DNA of 32,000 bases from Pseudomonas aeruginosa. GTDB lineage: Bacteria > Pseudomonadota > Gammaproteobacteria > Pseudomonadales > Pseudomonadaceae. A program made the position numbers and the translations under genes. The stretch covers positions 420,001 to 452,000 of the forward strand of contig NZ_LN831024.1 in assembly GCF_001457615.1 (NCBI RefSeq), written 5' to 3'. This document shows positions 17,511-25,297 of the stretch, piece after piece. Every line of letters starts with the position of its first letter. Positions within the stretch are counted from its first letter, which is position 1. The notes under the pieces are model-generated. The model was not told the origin of the DNA, did not search any database, and saw nothing but the letters and a program-made list of their open reading frames with translations.

Positions 17511-17945
17511 TCAATCCGGGTGTTCGGCCAGCCAGCCTTCCAGCAGCAGGGCGGCGGCCAGGGCGTCCACCGGTCGCTCGCGGTAGCCGTCGCGCTGGCC
17601 CTGGGCCAGGCGCTCGCCCTTGGCGGCATAGGTCGTGAGGCGTTCGTCGTGGGTAAAGACCGGCAGGTTGAAACGGCCGTTGAGGCGGCGGCCGAACTTT
17701 TCCGCGCGCTCGCTCATCTCGCTTGGGCTGCCGTCCATGTTCAGCGGCAGGCCGACGACGATGGCGTCCGGCTGCCATTCCTTGATCAGCGCTTCCACCC
17801 GGTTCCAGTCCGGCACGCCGTTCTGCGCCTTCAATACGCACAGCTCGCGGGCCTGGCCGGTCACCGCCTGGCCGACGGCGACGCCGATCTGCCGGGTGCC
17901 GTAGTCGAAGCCCAGCAGCAGGCGCAGCGGCTTGTCGCTGACCAT
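17511..17945 (-). CDS. ruvX: YqgF/RuvX family putative pre-16S rRNA nuclease (Holliday-junction-resolvase-like), 144 aa
   Basis: N-terminal LLGFDYGTRQIGVAVG (RNase H-like catalytic Asp) and C-terminal DERLTT motif. The start overlaps the algH stop by 1 nt (TGATG). Confidence 0.92.
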   Translation of the reverse strand: MVSDKPLRLLLGFDYGTRQIGVAVGQAVTGQARELCVLKAQNGVPDWNRVEALIKEWQPDAIVVGLPLNMDGSPSEMSERAEKFGRRLNGRFNLPVFTHDERLTTYAAKGERLAQGQRDGYRERPVDALAAALLLEGWLAEHPD

Positions 17946-18514
17946 CAGGCGTGACCGGCCTGGGCGGTGAGCAGGCTGAGGTTGACGCCCAGGCGCGCGG
18001 CGGCGGCGCTGAGGCGCTCCTCGGGCGGCAGGTCGAAGAGGATCGCCGGGTCCGCCGGGCAGGTCAGCCAGGCGTTGTCGCTCAGTTCGGCCTCCAGCTG
18101 GCCGGCTTCCCAGCCGGCATAGCCAAGGCTGATCAGGCTCTTTTCCGGGCCGGTGCCGGCGGCGATGGCGAACAGTACGTCCTGCGAGGTGGACATCGCC
18201 AGCTCGCCCAGTTCCAGGGTCGACTGGTAGCTCAGGCCGCTGGGGTGGAGGACGAAGCCACGGTCGGTCTGCACCGGGCCGCCGTTGTAGATGTCGATGT
18301 GCTGGCAGCGCGCCGGCGGCAGGGCGTCCGGCTTGAGCTGTTCGAGGACTTCCGCCAGGTTGAGGCCGCTGGGACGGTTGATCACCAGGCCCATGGCGCC
18401 CTGCTCGTTGTGTTCGACCAGGTAGGTCACGGTCTGGGCGAAATTGGGGTCGGCCATGTGCGGCATGGCGATCAGGAAATGATGCTTGAGGTAGGTTGGG
18501 CTGCTCTGTTTCAT
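17945..18514 (-). CDS. algH: YqgE/AlgH family (UPF0301) protein, 189 aa
   Basis: LKHHFLIAMPHMADPNFAQTVTYLVEHNEQGAMGLVINRP is the conserved YqgE/AlgH N-terminal block. The conserved yqgE-yqgF pairing is present. Confidence 0.92.
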   Translation of the reverse strand: MKQSSPTYLKHHFLIAMPHMADPNFAQTVTYLVEHNEQGAMGLVINRPSGLNLAEVLEQLKPDALPPARCQHIDIYNGGPVQTDRGFVLHPSGLSYQSTLELGELAMSTSQDVLFAIAAGTGPEKSLISLGYAGWEAGQLEAELSDNAWLTCPADPAILFDLPPEERLSAAAARLGVNLSLLTAQAGHA

Positions 18515-18562
18515 GGCCGCTAGTGTCCTGCTTCGGACGCGAGAAAGCCAGCCTTGCCGGCG

Positions 18563-19522
18563 CTACTTGCTGGACAGCCGGTCGCCGCGTTCGAAGCGCC
18601 AGGTACGGATGATCTCCAGCCGGTCGATGTCGGCCAGGTCGCCGCTGAACGGCGCATAGGGCGCGGCCAGGCGGACGATGCGCTGGGCGGCCTGGTCGAG
18701 GATCGGCTCGCCGGAAGACTCCAGCACCTGCACCTCGTAGATGGTGCCGTCGCGGTTGATCGACACCAGCAGCCGCAGGCTGCCGTAGAGCTTCTGCCGG
18801 CGGGCCTCGTCGGGGTAGTTGAGGTTGCCGATGCGTTCGATCTTCTTGCGCCAGTCTTCCTTGTACCAGGCGCCCTTGTCGCGCATGGTCGAGGCGGCGC
18901 TCAGGCGGTGGATGCGCGGGCGCTTGGCGTAGGCCTGCTGCTCCTTGGCCAGGTCGGCCTCGAGGCTGGCGATTTCCGCCGACAGCTGGGTTGAGTCGAA
19001 ATGCGGCGCCGGCTTGGCGACCTGCTCGGCCTTCTGTGCCTGGGTCTTGCTCGGTGCCTTCTGCTGGCGCTGGCGGGTGGTGGTCACCGCGGCCTTGGGC
19101 GCCTCTTCGCTCCTGGCCTGCTTCGGCGTTGCCGGCGGCGCGACTTTCTTCACCTGGTTGTCCTGGAATGGCGCGACCTCGGTGGTCTTCGGCGCGGCCT
19201 TGTGCTCCAGGGTTCCGCTGCCCTGCTGGTTCATCTGCGCGAGGTAGTCGGCCTTCTCCGGCGCCTTGTCGCTCTTGAAGGTGGCCAGGGTGATTTCCAG
19301 GGTCTTGCTGATCTGGCTCGGCGCGGGCATGGAGAAGCCCACCCCGAGGATGAGGGCGACGTGCAGGATGGCTGCGATGAACAGGGTGAAGCCCAAACGG
19401 TCCGCCGGGCGGACGCCGGCAGCGGCGGAGGGGGACTTGAGGACGGCGGCGTTCATTGCGGATCGTGGTGGCTGGCGTGGGGCGAAGTCTGCCGATGGGG
19501 GGCGGAAAAGTCTATGACGCAC
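18563..19522 (-). CDS. tonB3: TonB family energy-transducer (TonB3-like), 319 aa from GTG 19522; alternative ATG at 19456 gives 297 aa
   Basis: One N-terminal TM anchor (LGFTLFIAAILHVALILGVGF). A long Lys/Ala/Pro/Gln-rich spacer (KVAPPATPKQARSEEAPKAAV...QKAEQVAKPAP). A C-terminal TonB domain (YPDEARRQKLYGSLRLLVSINRDGTIYEVQVLESSGEPILDQAAQRIV). Neither candidate start has a strong RBS, so the start is uncertain. Confidence 0.85.
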   Translation of the reverse strand: MRHRLFRPPSADFAPRQPPRSAMNAAVLKSPSAAAGVRPADRLGFTLFIAAILHVALILGVGFSMPAPSQISKTLEITLATFKSDKAPEKADYLAQMNQQGSGTLEHKAAPKTTEVAPFQDNQVKKVAPPATPKQARSEEAPKAAVTTTRQRQQKAPSKTQAQKAEQVAKPAPHFDSTQLSAEIASLEADLAKEQQAYAKRPRIHRLSAASTMRDKGAWYKEDWRKKIERIGNLNYPDEARRQKLYGSLRLLVSINRDGTIYEVQVLESSGEPILDQAAQRIVRLAAPYAPFSGDLADIDRLEIIRTWRFERGDRLSSK

Positions 19523-19602
19523 TCCGCGCCTTGGACACGCGGTCGCTCGCCGTGGCGCATCGGCCGGGCCGAGGCGGGCGGACCGAGGCCCGCCCGTGCG
19601 AT

Positions 19603-20556
19603 TCAGCGGGCAGCCAGCTGGGCGGCGATGGCGTCCATCAGCTTGTCGCCGATGCGGGTGTCGAAGGCCTGGTCGATCTCGCGGATGCAGGTCGGGCTGG
19701 TGACGTTGATTTCCGTCAGATAATCGCCGATCACGTCGAGGCCGACGAACAGCAGGCCGCGCTCGCGCAGGTGCGGGCCGACCTCGGCGGCGATCCAGCG
19801 GTCGCGCTCGCTCAGCGGCTGGGCCACGCCGCGGCCGCCGGCGGCGAGGTTGCCGCGAGTCTCGCCCTGGGCGGGGATGCGCGCCAGGCAGTAGGGCACC
19901 GGTTCGCCGTCGATCATCAGGATGCGCTTGTCGCCGTCCTTGATTTCCGGCAGATAGCGCTGTGCCATGATCTGCTGGCTGCCATGCTGGGTGAGGGTCT
20001 CGAGGATCACCGAGAGGTTCGGGTCGCCTTCGCGGTGACGAAATATCGACGAACCGCCCATTCCGTCCAGGGGTTTGAGAATGATGTCACGATGCTCGGC
20101 GGCAAACTCGCGCAGAATATCGGATCGCCGGCTGACCATCGTCGGCGGAGTGCACTGGGTGAACTGCGTGGCGAAGAACTTCTCGTTGCAGTCGCGCAGG
20201 CTCTGCGGCCGGTTCACCACCAGGGCGCCGGCACGCTCGGCCTGTTCCAGCAGGTAGGTCGAATAGACGAATTCGTTATCGAAGGGCGGGTCCTTGCGCA
20301 TCAGGATCACGTCCAGTTCGTGCAGCGGTTGGTCGCTTTCCGCTTCCAGTTCGAACCAGCGGGAGGCATCGTTGAAGACCTTCAGCGGGCGCATGCGTCC
20401 ACGCGCGACGCCGGCCTTCTGGTAGAGGTCCTGCTGTTCCATGTAGAACAGCGACCAGCCGCGGGCCTGGGCAGCCAGCAGCATGGCGAGCGAGCTGTCC
20501 TTCTTGAAGTTGATGCGCGCGATGGGGTCCATGACGATCCCGAGGCGTACGCTCAT
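19603..20556 (-). CDS. gshB: Glutathione synthetase (ATP-grasp), 317 aa
   Basis: Internal ATG 20556 (GGAGG RBS) gives MSVRLGIVMDPIARINFKKDSSLAMLLAAQARGW.... GshB blocks VILMRKDPPFD, IILKPLDGMGGSSIF and EINVTSPT are present. The track start at 20658 adds 34 aa. Confidence 0.95.
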   Translation of the reverse strand: MSVRLGIVMDPIARINFKKDSSLAMLLAAQARGWSLFYMEQQDLYQKAGVARGRMRPLKVFNDASRWFELEAESDQPLHELDVILMRKDPPFDNEFVYSTYLLEQAERAGALVVNRPQSLRDCNEKFFATQFTQCTPPTMVSRRSDILREFAAEHRDIILKPLDGMGGSSIFRHREGDPNLSVILETLTQHGSQQIMAQRYLPEIKDGDKRILMIDGEPVPYCLARIPAQGETRGNLAAGGRGVAQPLSERDRWIAAEVGPHLRERGLLFVGLDVIGDYLTEINVTSPTCIREIDQAFDTRIGDKLMDAIAAQLAAR

Positions 20557-20810
20557 GGGAATTCCTCCGAAAGGGGGTGGGTTGTCCGGTCGCGGCGGGG
20601 AGGCCGCGTGGCAAGCGGGTTTGACGCTCAGGTTGGCGCCCCGTTTGCGCTTGGTCAAGGAAAAAGCCGGCCTGTTCCGGGCATTATGGATAGAGTTGCG
20701 TCGAGTGTGCTAAAAAGGCCCGCGATTGGGTCGCAGCCCGTCGGTGACAGGGCGTTAGCGCACTGAAGAAAACACAGAAGAATGATTCACCGAGTCGATA
20801 TAGGGCGAAC

Positions 20811-21218
20811 ATGGAACAGCAATCCGACGGTTTGAAAGTGATGGTGATCGACGATTCGAAAACGATTCGTCGCACCGCCGAAACACTGCTGAAAAAGGTC
20901 GGTTGCGACGTGATCACGGCAATCGACGGCTTCGATGCCCTGGCGAAGATCGCCGATACCCATCCGAACATCATTTTCGTCGACATCATGATGCCGCGCC
21001 TGGATGGCTATCAGACCTGCGCCCTGATCAAGAACAACAGCGCGTTCAAGTCCACCCCGGTGATCATGCTGTCCTCCAAGGACGGCCTGTTCGACAAGGC
21101 CAAGGGGCGCATCGTCGGCTCCGACCAGTACCTCACCAAGCCGTTCAGCAAGGAAGAGCTGCTGGGCGCGATCAAGGCACACGTACCCAGCTTCACCCCG
21201 GTGGACGCCGTTTCCTGA
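20811..21218 (+). CDS. pilG: CheY-like single-domain response regulator PilG, 135 aa
   Basis: MEQQSDGLKVMVIDDSKTIRR... receiver domain with the phospho-acceptor in FVDIMMPRLDG and the conserved Lys in YLTKPF. First gene of pilGHIJK-chpA. Confidence 0.96.
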   Translation: MEQQSDGLKVMVIDDSKTIRRTAETLLKKVGCDVITAIDGFDALAKIADTHPNIIFVDIMMPRLDGYQTCALIKNNSAFKSTPVIMLSSKDGLFDKAKGRIVGSDQYLTKPFSKEELLGAIKAHVPSFTPVDAVS

Positions 21219-21264
21219 TATCCGGCCGCATGGCCGTTGATGCTTATTTCGTGATGGGGATCCC

Positions 21265-21630
21265 ATGGCTCGTATTTTGATTGTTGATGACTCTCCGACC
21301 GAGATGTACAAGCTGACCGCCATGCTGGAAAAGCATGGTCACCAGGTACTCAAGGCCGAGAACGGCGGCGACGGCGTCGCCCTGGCCCGCCAGGAAAAGC
21401 CCGACGTGGTCCTGATGGACATCGTCATGCCCGGCCTCAACGGCTTCCAGGCGACCCGTCAGTTGACCAAGGACGCCGAGACCAGCGCCATCCCGGTGAT
21501 CATCGTCACCACCAAGGACCAGGAGACCGACAAGGTCTGGGGCAAGCGCCAGGGCGCTCGCGACTACCTGACCAAGCCGGTGGACGAAGAGACCCTGCTG
21601 AAAACCATCAATGCGGTGCTGGCGGGCTGA
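21265..21630 (+). CDS. pilH: CheY-like single-domain response regulator PilH, 121 aa
   Basis: MARILIVDDSPTEMYKL...; LMDIVMPGLNG acceptor Asp; DYLTKP. GGGGA RBS at 21256..21260. Confidence 0.96.
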   Translation: MARILIVDDSPTEMYKLTAMLEKHGHQVLKAENGGDGVALARQEKPDVVLMDIVMPGLNGFQATRQLTKDAETSAIPVIIVTTKDQETDKVWGKRQGARDYLTKPVDEETLLKTINAVLAG

Positions 21631-21680
21631 GCCCGTCGCAGCGCATCGCTCACCCTGACCCCGGAAAGACCAGGCCCCGC

Positions 21681-22217
21681 ATGTCGGACGTTCAGACCCC
21701 CTTCCAGCTCCTCGTCGACATCGATCAGCGCTGCCGACGCCTGGCCGCCGGCCTGCCGGCCCAGCAGGAGGCGGTGCAGAGCTGGAGCGGGATCGGCTTC
21801 CGCATGGGCGGGCGGTTCTTCGTCGCCCCCATGGGGGAGGTCGGCGAAGTCCTGCACGAACCGCGCTACACCCAGCTGCCGGGCGTGAAGACCTGGGTCA
21901 AGGGGGTGGCCAACGTACGTGGCCGCCTGCTGCCGATCATGGACCTCTGCGGTTTCCTCGGCACCGAACTGTCGCCCTTGCGCAAGCAGCGGCGGGTGCT
22001 GGTGGTGGAGCACCTGGACGTGTTCGCCGGCCTCATCGTCGATGAGGTGTTCGGCATGCAGCACTTCCCGGTGGACACCTTCAGCGAACAGCTGCCGCCA
22101 CTAGAAGCGGCACTGCAACCCTTCATTCATGGCGTCTTCCATCGAGAGCAGCCGTGGCTGGTGTTCAGCCCGCATGCGCTGGCGCAACACCAGGGCTTCC
22201 TCGACGTCGCCGTATAA
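21681..22217 (+). CDS. pilI: CheW-like coupling protein PilI, 178 aa
   Basis: Single CheW-like domain (FRMGGRFFVAPMGEVGEVL...VKGVANVRGRLLPIMDL...VLVVEH). Positioned between pilH and the MCP gene. Confidence 0.93.
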   Translation: MSDVQTPFQLLVDIDQRCRRLAAGLPAQQEAVQSWSGIGFRMGGRFFVAPMGEVGEVLHEPRYTQLPGVKTWVKGVANVRGRLLPIMDLCGFLGTELSPLRKQRRVLVVEHLDVFAGLIVDEVFGMQHFPVDTFSEQLPPLEAALQPFIHGVFHREQPWLVFSPHALAQHQGFLDVAV

Positions 22218-22301
22218 ACAGCTTCACCGGTTGGGCCGGTCTGCCGGCCCGTGTCGTGACATGGAAATCGTAATCGTGGTCGGTCCGGGCGGGGGCCAAA
22301 T

Positions 22302-24350
22302 ATGAAGAAAATCAACGCAGGCAATCTTTTCGCGGGCATGCGCAGCAGCTCGGTGATCGCGGGGCTGTTCATCGTCCTCATCGTCTCGATCGTGTTGCTG
22401 TTCGCCAACTTTGCCTACCTCAACACCCAGTCGAACCATGACAAGCAGTACATCGGCCATGCCGGCGAACTGCGCGTCCTGTCGCAGCGGATCGCGAAGA
22501 ACGCCACCGAAGCGGCGGCGGGCAAGGGCGAGGCGTTCAAGCTCCTGAAGGATGCGCGCAACGACTTCGAGAAACGCTGGAACATCCTGGTCAACGGCGA
22601 CGAGAGTACATCCCTGCCGCCCAGCCCCGAAGCGGTGAAGCCGCAGATGGACGTGGTGCAGCAGGACTGGGACGGCCTGCGCAAGAACGCCGACTCCATC
22701 CTCGCCAGCGAACAGACCGTACTGTCCCTGCACCAGGTGGCCTCGACCCTCGCCGAAACCATCCCGCAGCTGCAGGTGGAATACGAAGAGGTGGTCGACA
22801 TCCTGCTGGAGAACGGTGCCCCGGCCGACCAGGTCGCGGTCGCCCAGCGCCAGTCGCTGCTCGCCGAACGTATCCTCGGCTCGGTGAACAAGGTGCTGGC
22901 CGGCGACGAGAACTCGGTGCAGGCCGCCGACAGCTTCGGCCGCGACGCCAGCCTGTTCGGCCGCGTACTGAAGGGCATGCAGGAAGGCAACGCGGCGATG
23001 AGCATCTCCAAGGTGACCAACGCCGAGGCGGTGGATCGCCTGAACGAGATCGCCGAACTCTTCGAGTTCGTCTCCGGCTCGGTGGACGAGATCCTCGAGA
23101 CCTCGCCCGACCTGTTCCAGGTCCGGGAAGCGGCGAACAACATCTTCAGCGTTTCGCAGACCCTGCTGGACAAGGCCTCGCAACTGGCCGACGGCTTCGA
23201 GAACCTGGCCGGCGGGCGTAGCATCAACCTGTTCGCCGGTTACGTCCTCGGCGCCCTGGCCCTGGCCTCGATCATCCTGATCGGCCTGGTGATGGTGCGC
23301 GAGACCAACCGCCGGCTGGCCGAGACCGCCGAGAAGAACGACCGCAACCAGGCCGCGATCCTGCGTCTGCTCGACGAGATCGCCGACCTCGCGGACGGCG
23401 ACCTGACCGTGGCCGCGACCGTGACCGAGGACTTCACCGGCGCCATCGCCGACTCGATCAACTACTCCATCGACCAGCTCCGCGAACTGGTGGAGACCAT
23501 CAACCAGACCGCCGTGCAGGTGGCCGCAGCGGCCCAGGAAACCCAGTCCACCGCGATGCACCTGGCCGAAGCCTCCGAGCACCAGGCGCAGGAAATCGCC
23601 GGCGCCTCGGCGGCGATCAACGAAATGGCGGTGTCGATCGACCAGGTATCGGCGAACGCCTCGGAATCCTCGGCGGTAGCGGAACGTTCGGTAGCCATCG
23701 CCAACAAGGGCAACGAGGTGGTGCACAACACCATCACCGGCATGGACAACATTCGCGAGCAGATCCAGGACACCTCGAAGCGAATCAAGCGCCTCGGCGA
23801 GTCGTCCCAGGAGATCGGCGACATCGTCAGCCTGATCAACGACATCGCCGACCAGACCAACATCCTCGCCCTGAACGCCGCGATCCAGGCGTCGATGGCC
23901 GGGGACGCGGGCCGCGGCTTCGCCGTGGTAGCGGACGAGGTACAGCGACTGGCGGAACGTTCCTCGGCGGCGACCAAGCAGATCGAGGCGCTGGTGAAGA
24001 CCATCCAGACCGACACCAACGAAGCGGTGATCTCGATGGAGCAGACCACCTCCGAGGTGGTCCGCGGCGCGCGCCTGGCCCAGGACGCCGGTGTGGCCCT
24101 GGAGGAGATCGAGAAGGTATCCAAGACCCTCGCGGCACTGATCCAGAACATCTCCAACGCCGCCCGTCAGCAGGCATCGTCGGCCGGCCACATTTCCAAC
24201 ACCATGAACGTCATTCAGGAGATCACCTCGCAGACCTCCGCCGGTACCACCGCCACCGCGCGGAGCATCGGCAACCTGGCGAAGATGGCGAGCGAGATGC
24301 GCAACTCGGTATCCGGCTTCAAACTGCCGGAGGGCGTGGAGCAGGCCTGA
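22302..24350 (+). CDS. pilJ: Methyl-accepting chemotaxis protein PilJ, 682 aa
   Basis: N-terminal TM helix, a large periplasmic domain, a second TM helix ([23 protein letters not shown]) and a HAMP domain. The highly conserved MCP signalling hairpin ([40 protein letters not shown]) is present. The 727-aa antisense track ORF is rejected. Confidence 0.96.
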   Translation: MKKINAGNLFAGMRSSSVIAGLFIVLIVSIVLLFANFAYLNTQSNHDKQYIGHAGELRVLSQRIAKNATEAAAGKGEAFKLLKDARNDFEKRWNILVNGDESTSLPPSPEAVKPQMDVVQQDWDGLRKNADSILASEQTVLSLHQVASTLAETIPQLQVEYEEVVDILLENGAPADQVAVAQRQSLLAERILGSVNKVLAGDENSVQAADSFGRDASLFGRVLKGMQEGNAAMSISKVTNAEAVDRLNEIAELFEFVSGSVDEILETSPDLFQVREAANNIFSVSQTLLDKASQLADGFENLAGGRSINLFAGYVLGALALASIILIGLVMVRETNRRLAETAEKNDRNQAAILRLLDEIADLADGDLTVAATVTEDFTGAIADSINYSIDQLRELVETINQTAVQVAAAAQETQSTAMHLAEASEHQAQEIAGASAAINEMAVSIDQVSANASESSAVAERSVAIANKGNEVVHNTITGMDNIREQIQDTSKRIKRLGESSQEIGDIVSLINDIADQTNILALNAAIQASMAGDAGRGFAVVADEVQRLAERSSAATKQIEALVKTIQTDTNEAVISMEQTTSEVVRGARLAQDAGVALEEIEKVSKTLAALIQNISNAARQQASSAGHISNTMNVIQEITSQTSAGTTATARSIGNLAKMASEMRNSVSGFKLPEGVEQA

Positions 24351-24410
24351 GCATAGGCGCGGCGGCCGCCTGGCGGGCGCCGCGTCGACACCTTGGAAGA
24401 GGGGCACGGC

Positions 24411-25286
24411 ATGCAGGCGAACGGCGTCTGGTCACTGCAGCCGCTGGCCGATATGTCGGCAGCGGAGTTCCGCGACTGGCAGGTCCTGTTGGAGAACCGC
24501 ACCGGCGTGGTGCTCAACGAGCAACGCCGGACGTTCCTGCAGGCCAGCCTGACCGCGCGCATGCGTGAACTGGGCATCGGCGACTACCACAGCTACTACC
24601 GCCAGGTGACCGACGGTCCGCGTGGCGCAGTGGAGTGGGCGACCCTGCTGGACCGCCTGACCGTCCAGGAAACCCGTTTCTTCCGTCATCCCCCGTCTTT
24701 CGAGCTGCTCGAGCGCTACCTGGGCGAGCGCCTGCGCCGCGAAGGCATGCCGCGGCCCTGGGCCCTGTGGAGCGTCGGCTGCTCCAGCGGCGAGGAACCC
24801 TACTCGCTGGCGATGTGCGCCGCGCAGGTGTTGCGCGGGCAGGAACGGGAAGATTTTTTCGGCGTCACCGGAACGGATATCAGCCTTCACGCCCTGCAGC
24901 GGGCGCGGCAGGCGAACTATCCGGCCCGCAAGCTGGAGCAACTGGAGGCCGGGCTGGTCGAACGCTATTGCGAACGCCAGGCCGACGGCAGCTTCAGCGT
25001 GAAAACGATACTGACCGAGCGCGTCTGCTGCGCCCGGCTGAATGTGCTGGACCTGGCGAAGGCGCCCTGGTCCGGCATGGACGTGATTTTTTGTCAGAAC
25101 CTGCTGATCTACTTCCGTCGCTGGCGACGGCGCGAGATCCTCAACCGGTTGGCCGAACGGCTGGCGCCGGGAGGCTTGCTGGTGATCGGGGTCGGCGAAG
25201 TGGTCGACTGGAGCCATCCGGAGCTCGAGCCGGTCGCCGACGAGCGGGTCCTGGCCTTTACCCGTAAGGGGTACTCAGGCACATGA
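24411..25286 (+). CDS. pilK: CheR-type chemoreceptor glutamate methyltransferase PilK, 291 aa
   Basis: ATG 24411 is preceded by GGAAGAGGGG. CheR N-terminal helical domain followed by a SAM-MTase domain (ETRFFRHP, LWSVGCSSGEEPYSLAM, VIFCQNLLIYF). The track start (TTG 24393) adds 6 aa. Confidence 0.93.
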   Translation: MQANGVWSLQPLADMSAAEFRDWQVLLENRTGVVLNEQRRTFLQASLTARMRELGIGDYHSYYRQVTDGPRGAVEWATLLDRLTVQETRFFRHPPSFELLERYLGERLRREGMPRPWALWSVGCSSGEEPYSLAMCAAQVLRGQEREDFFGVTGTDISLHALQRARQANYPARKLEQLEAGLVERYCERQADGSFSVKTILTERVCCARLNVLDLAKAPWSGMDVIFCQNLLIYFRRWRRREILNRLAERLAPGGLLVIGVGEVVDWSHPELEPVADERVLAFTRKGYSGT

Positions 25287-25297
25287 ATGGAGTGGCT

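Noticed and set aside
32-20658. Long N-terminal extensions of track ORFs at 32..1282, 6001..7242, 6834..7874, 10109..11164, 14591..16276, 16887..17507 and 19603..20658
   Set aside because: The extensions are low-complexity and overlap the upstream gene. They lack an RBS and exceed family lengths. Internal ATGs with an RBS or ATGA coupling reproduce the expected protein sizes.
22224-24407. 727-aa antisense ORF opposite pilJ, and smaller ORFs within it
   Set aside because: This is a shadow ORF. pilJ on the plus strand carries the unmistakable MCP signalling hairpin.
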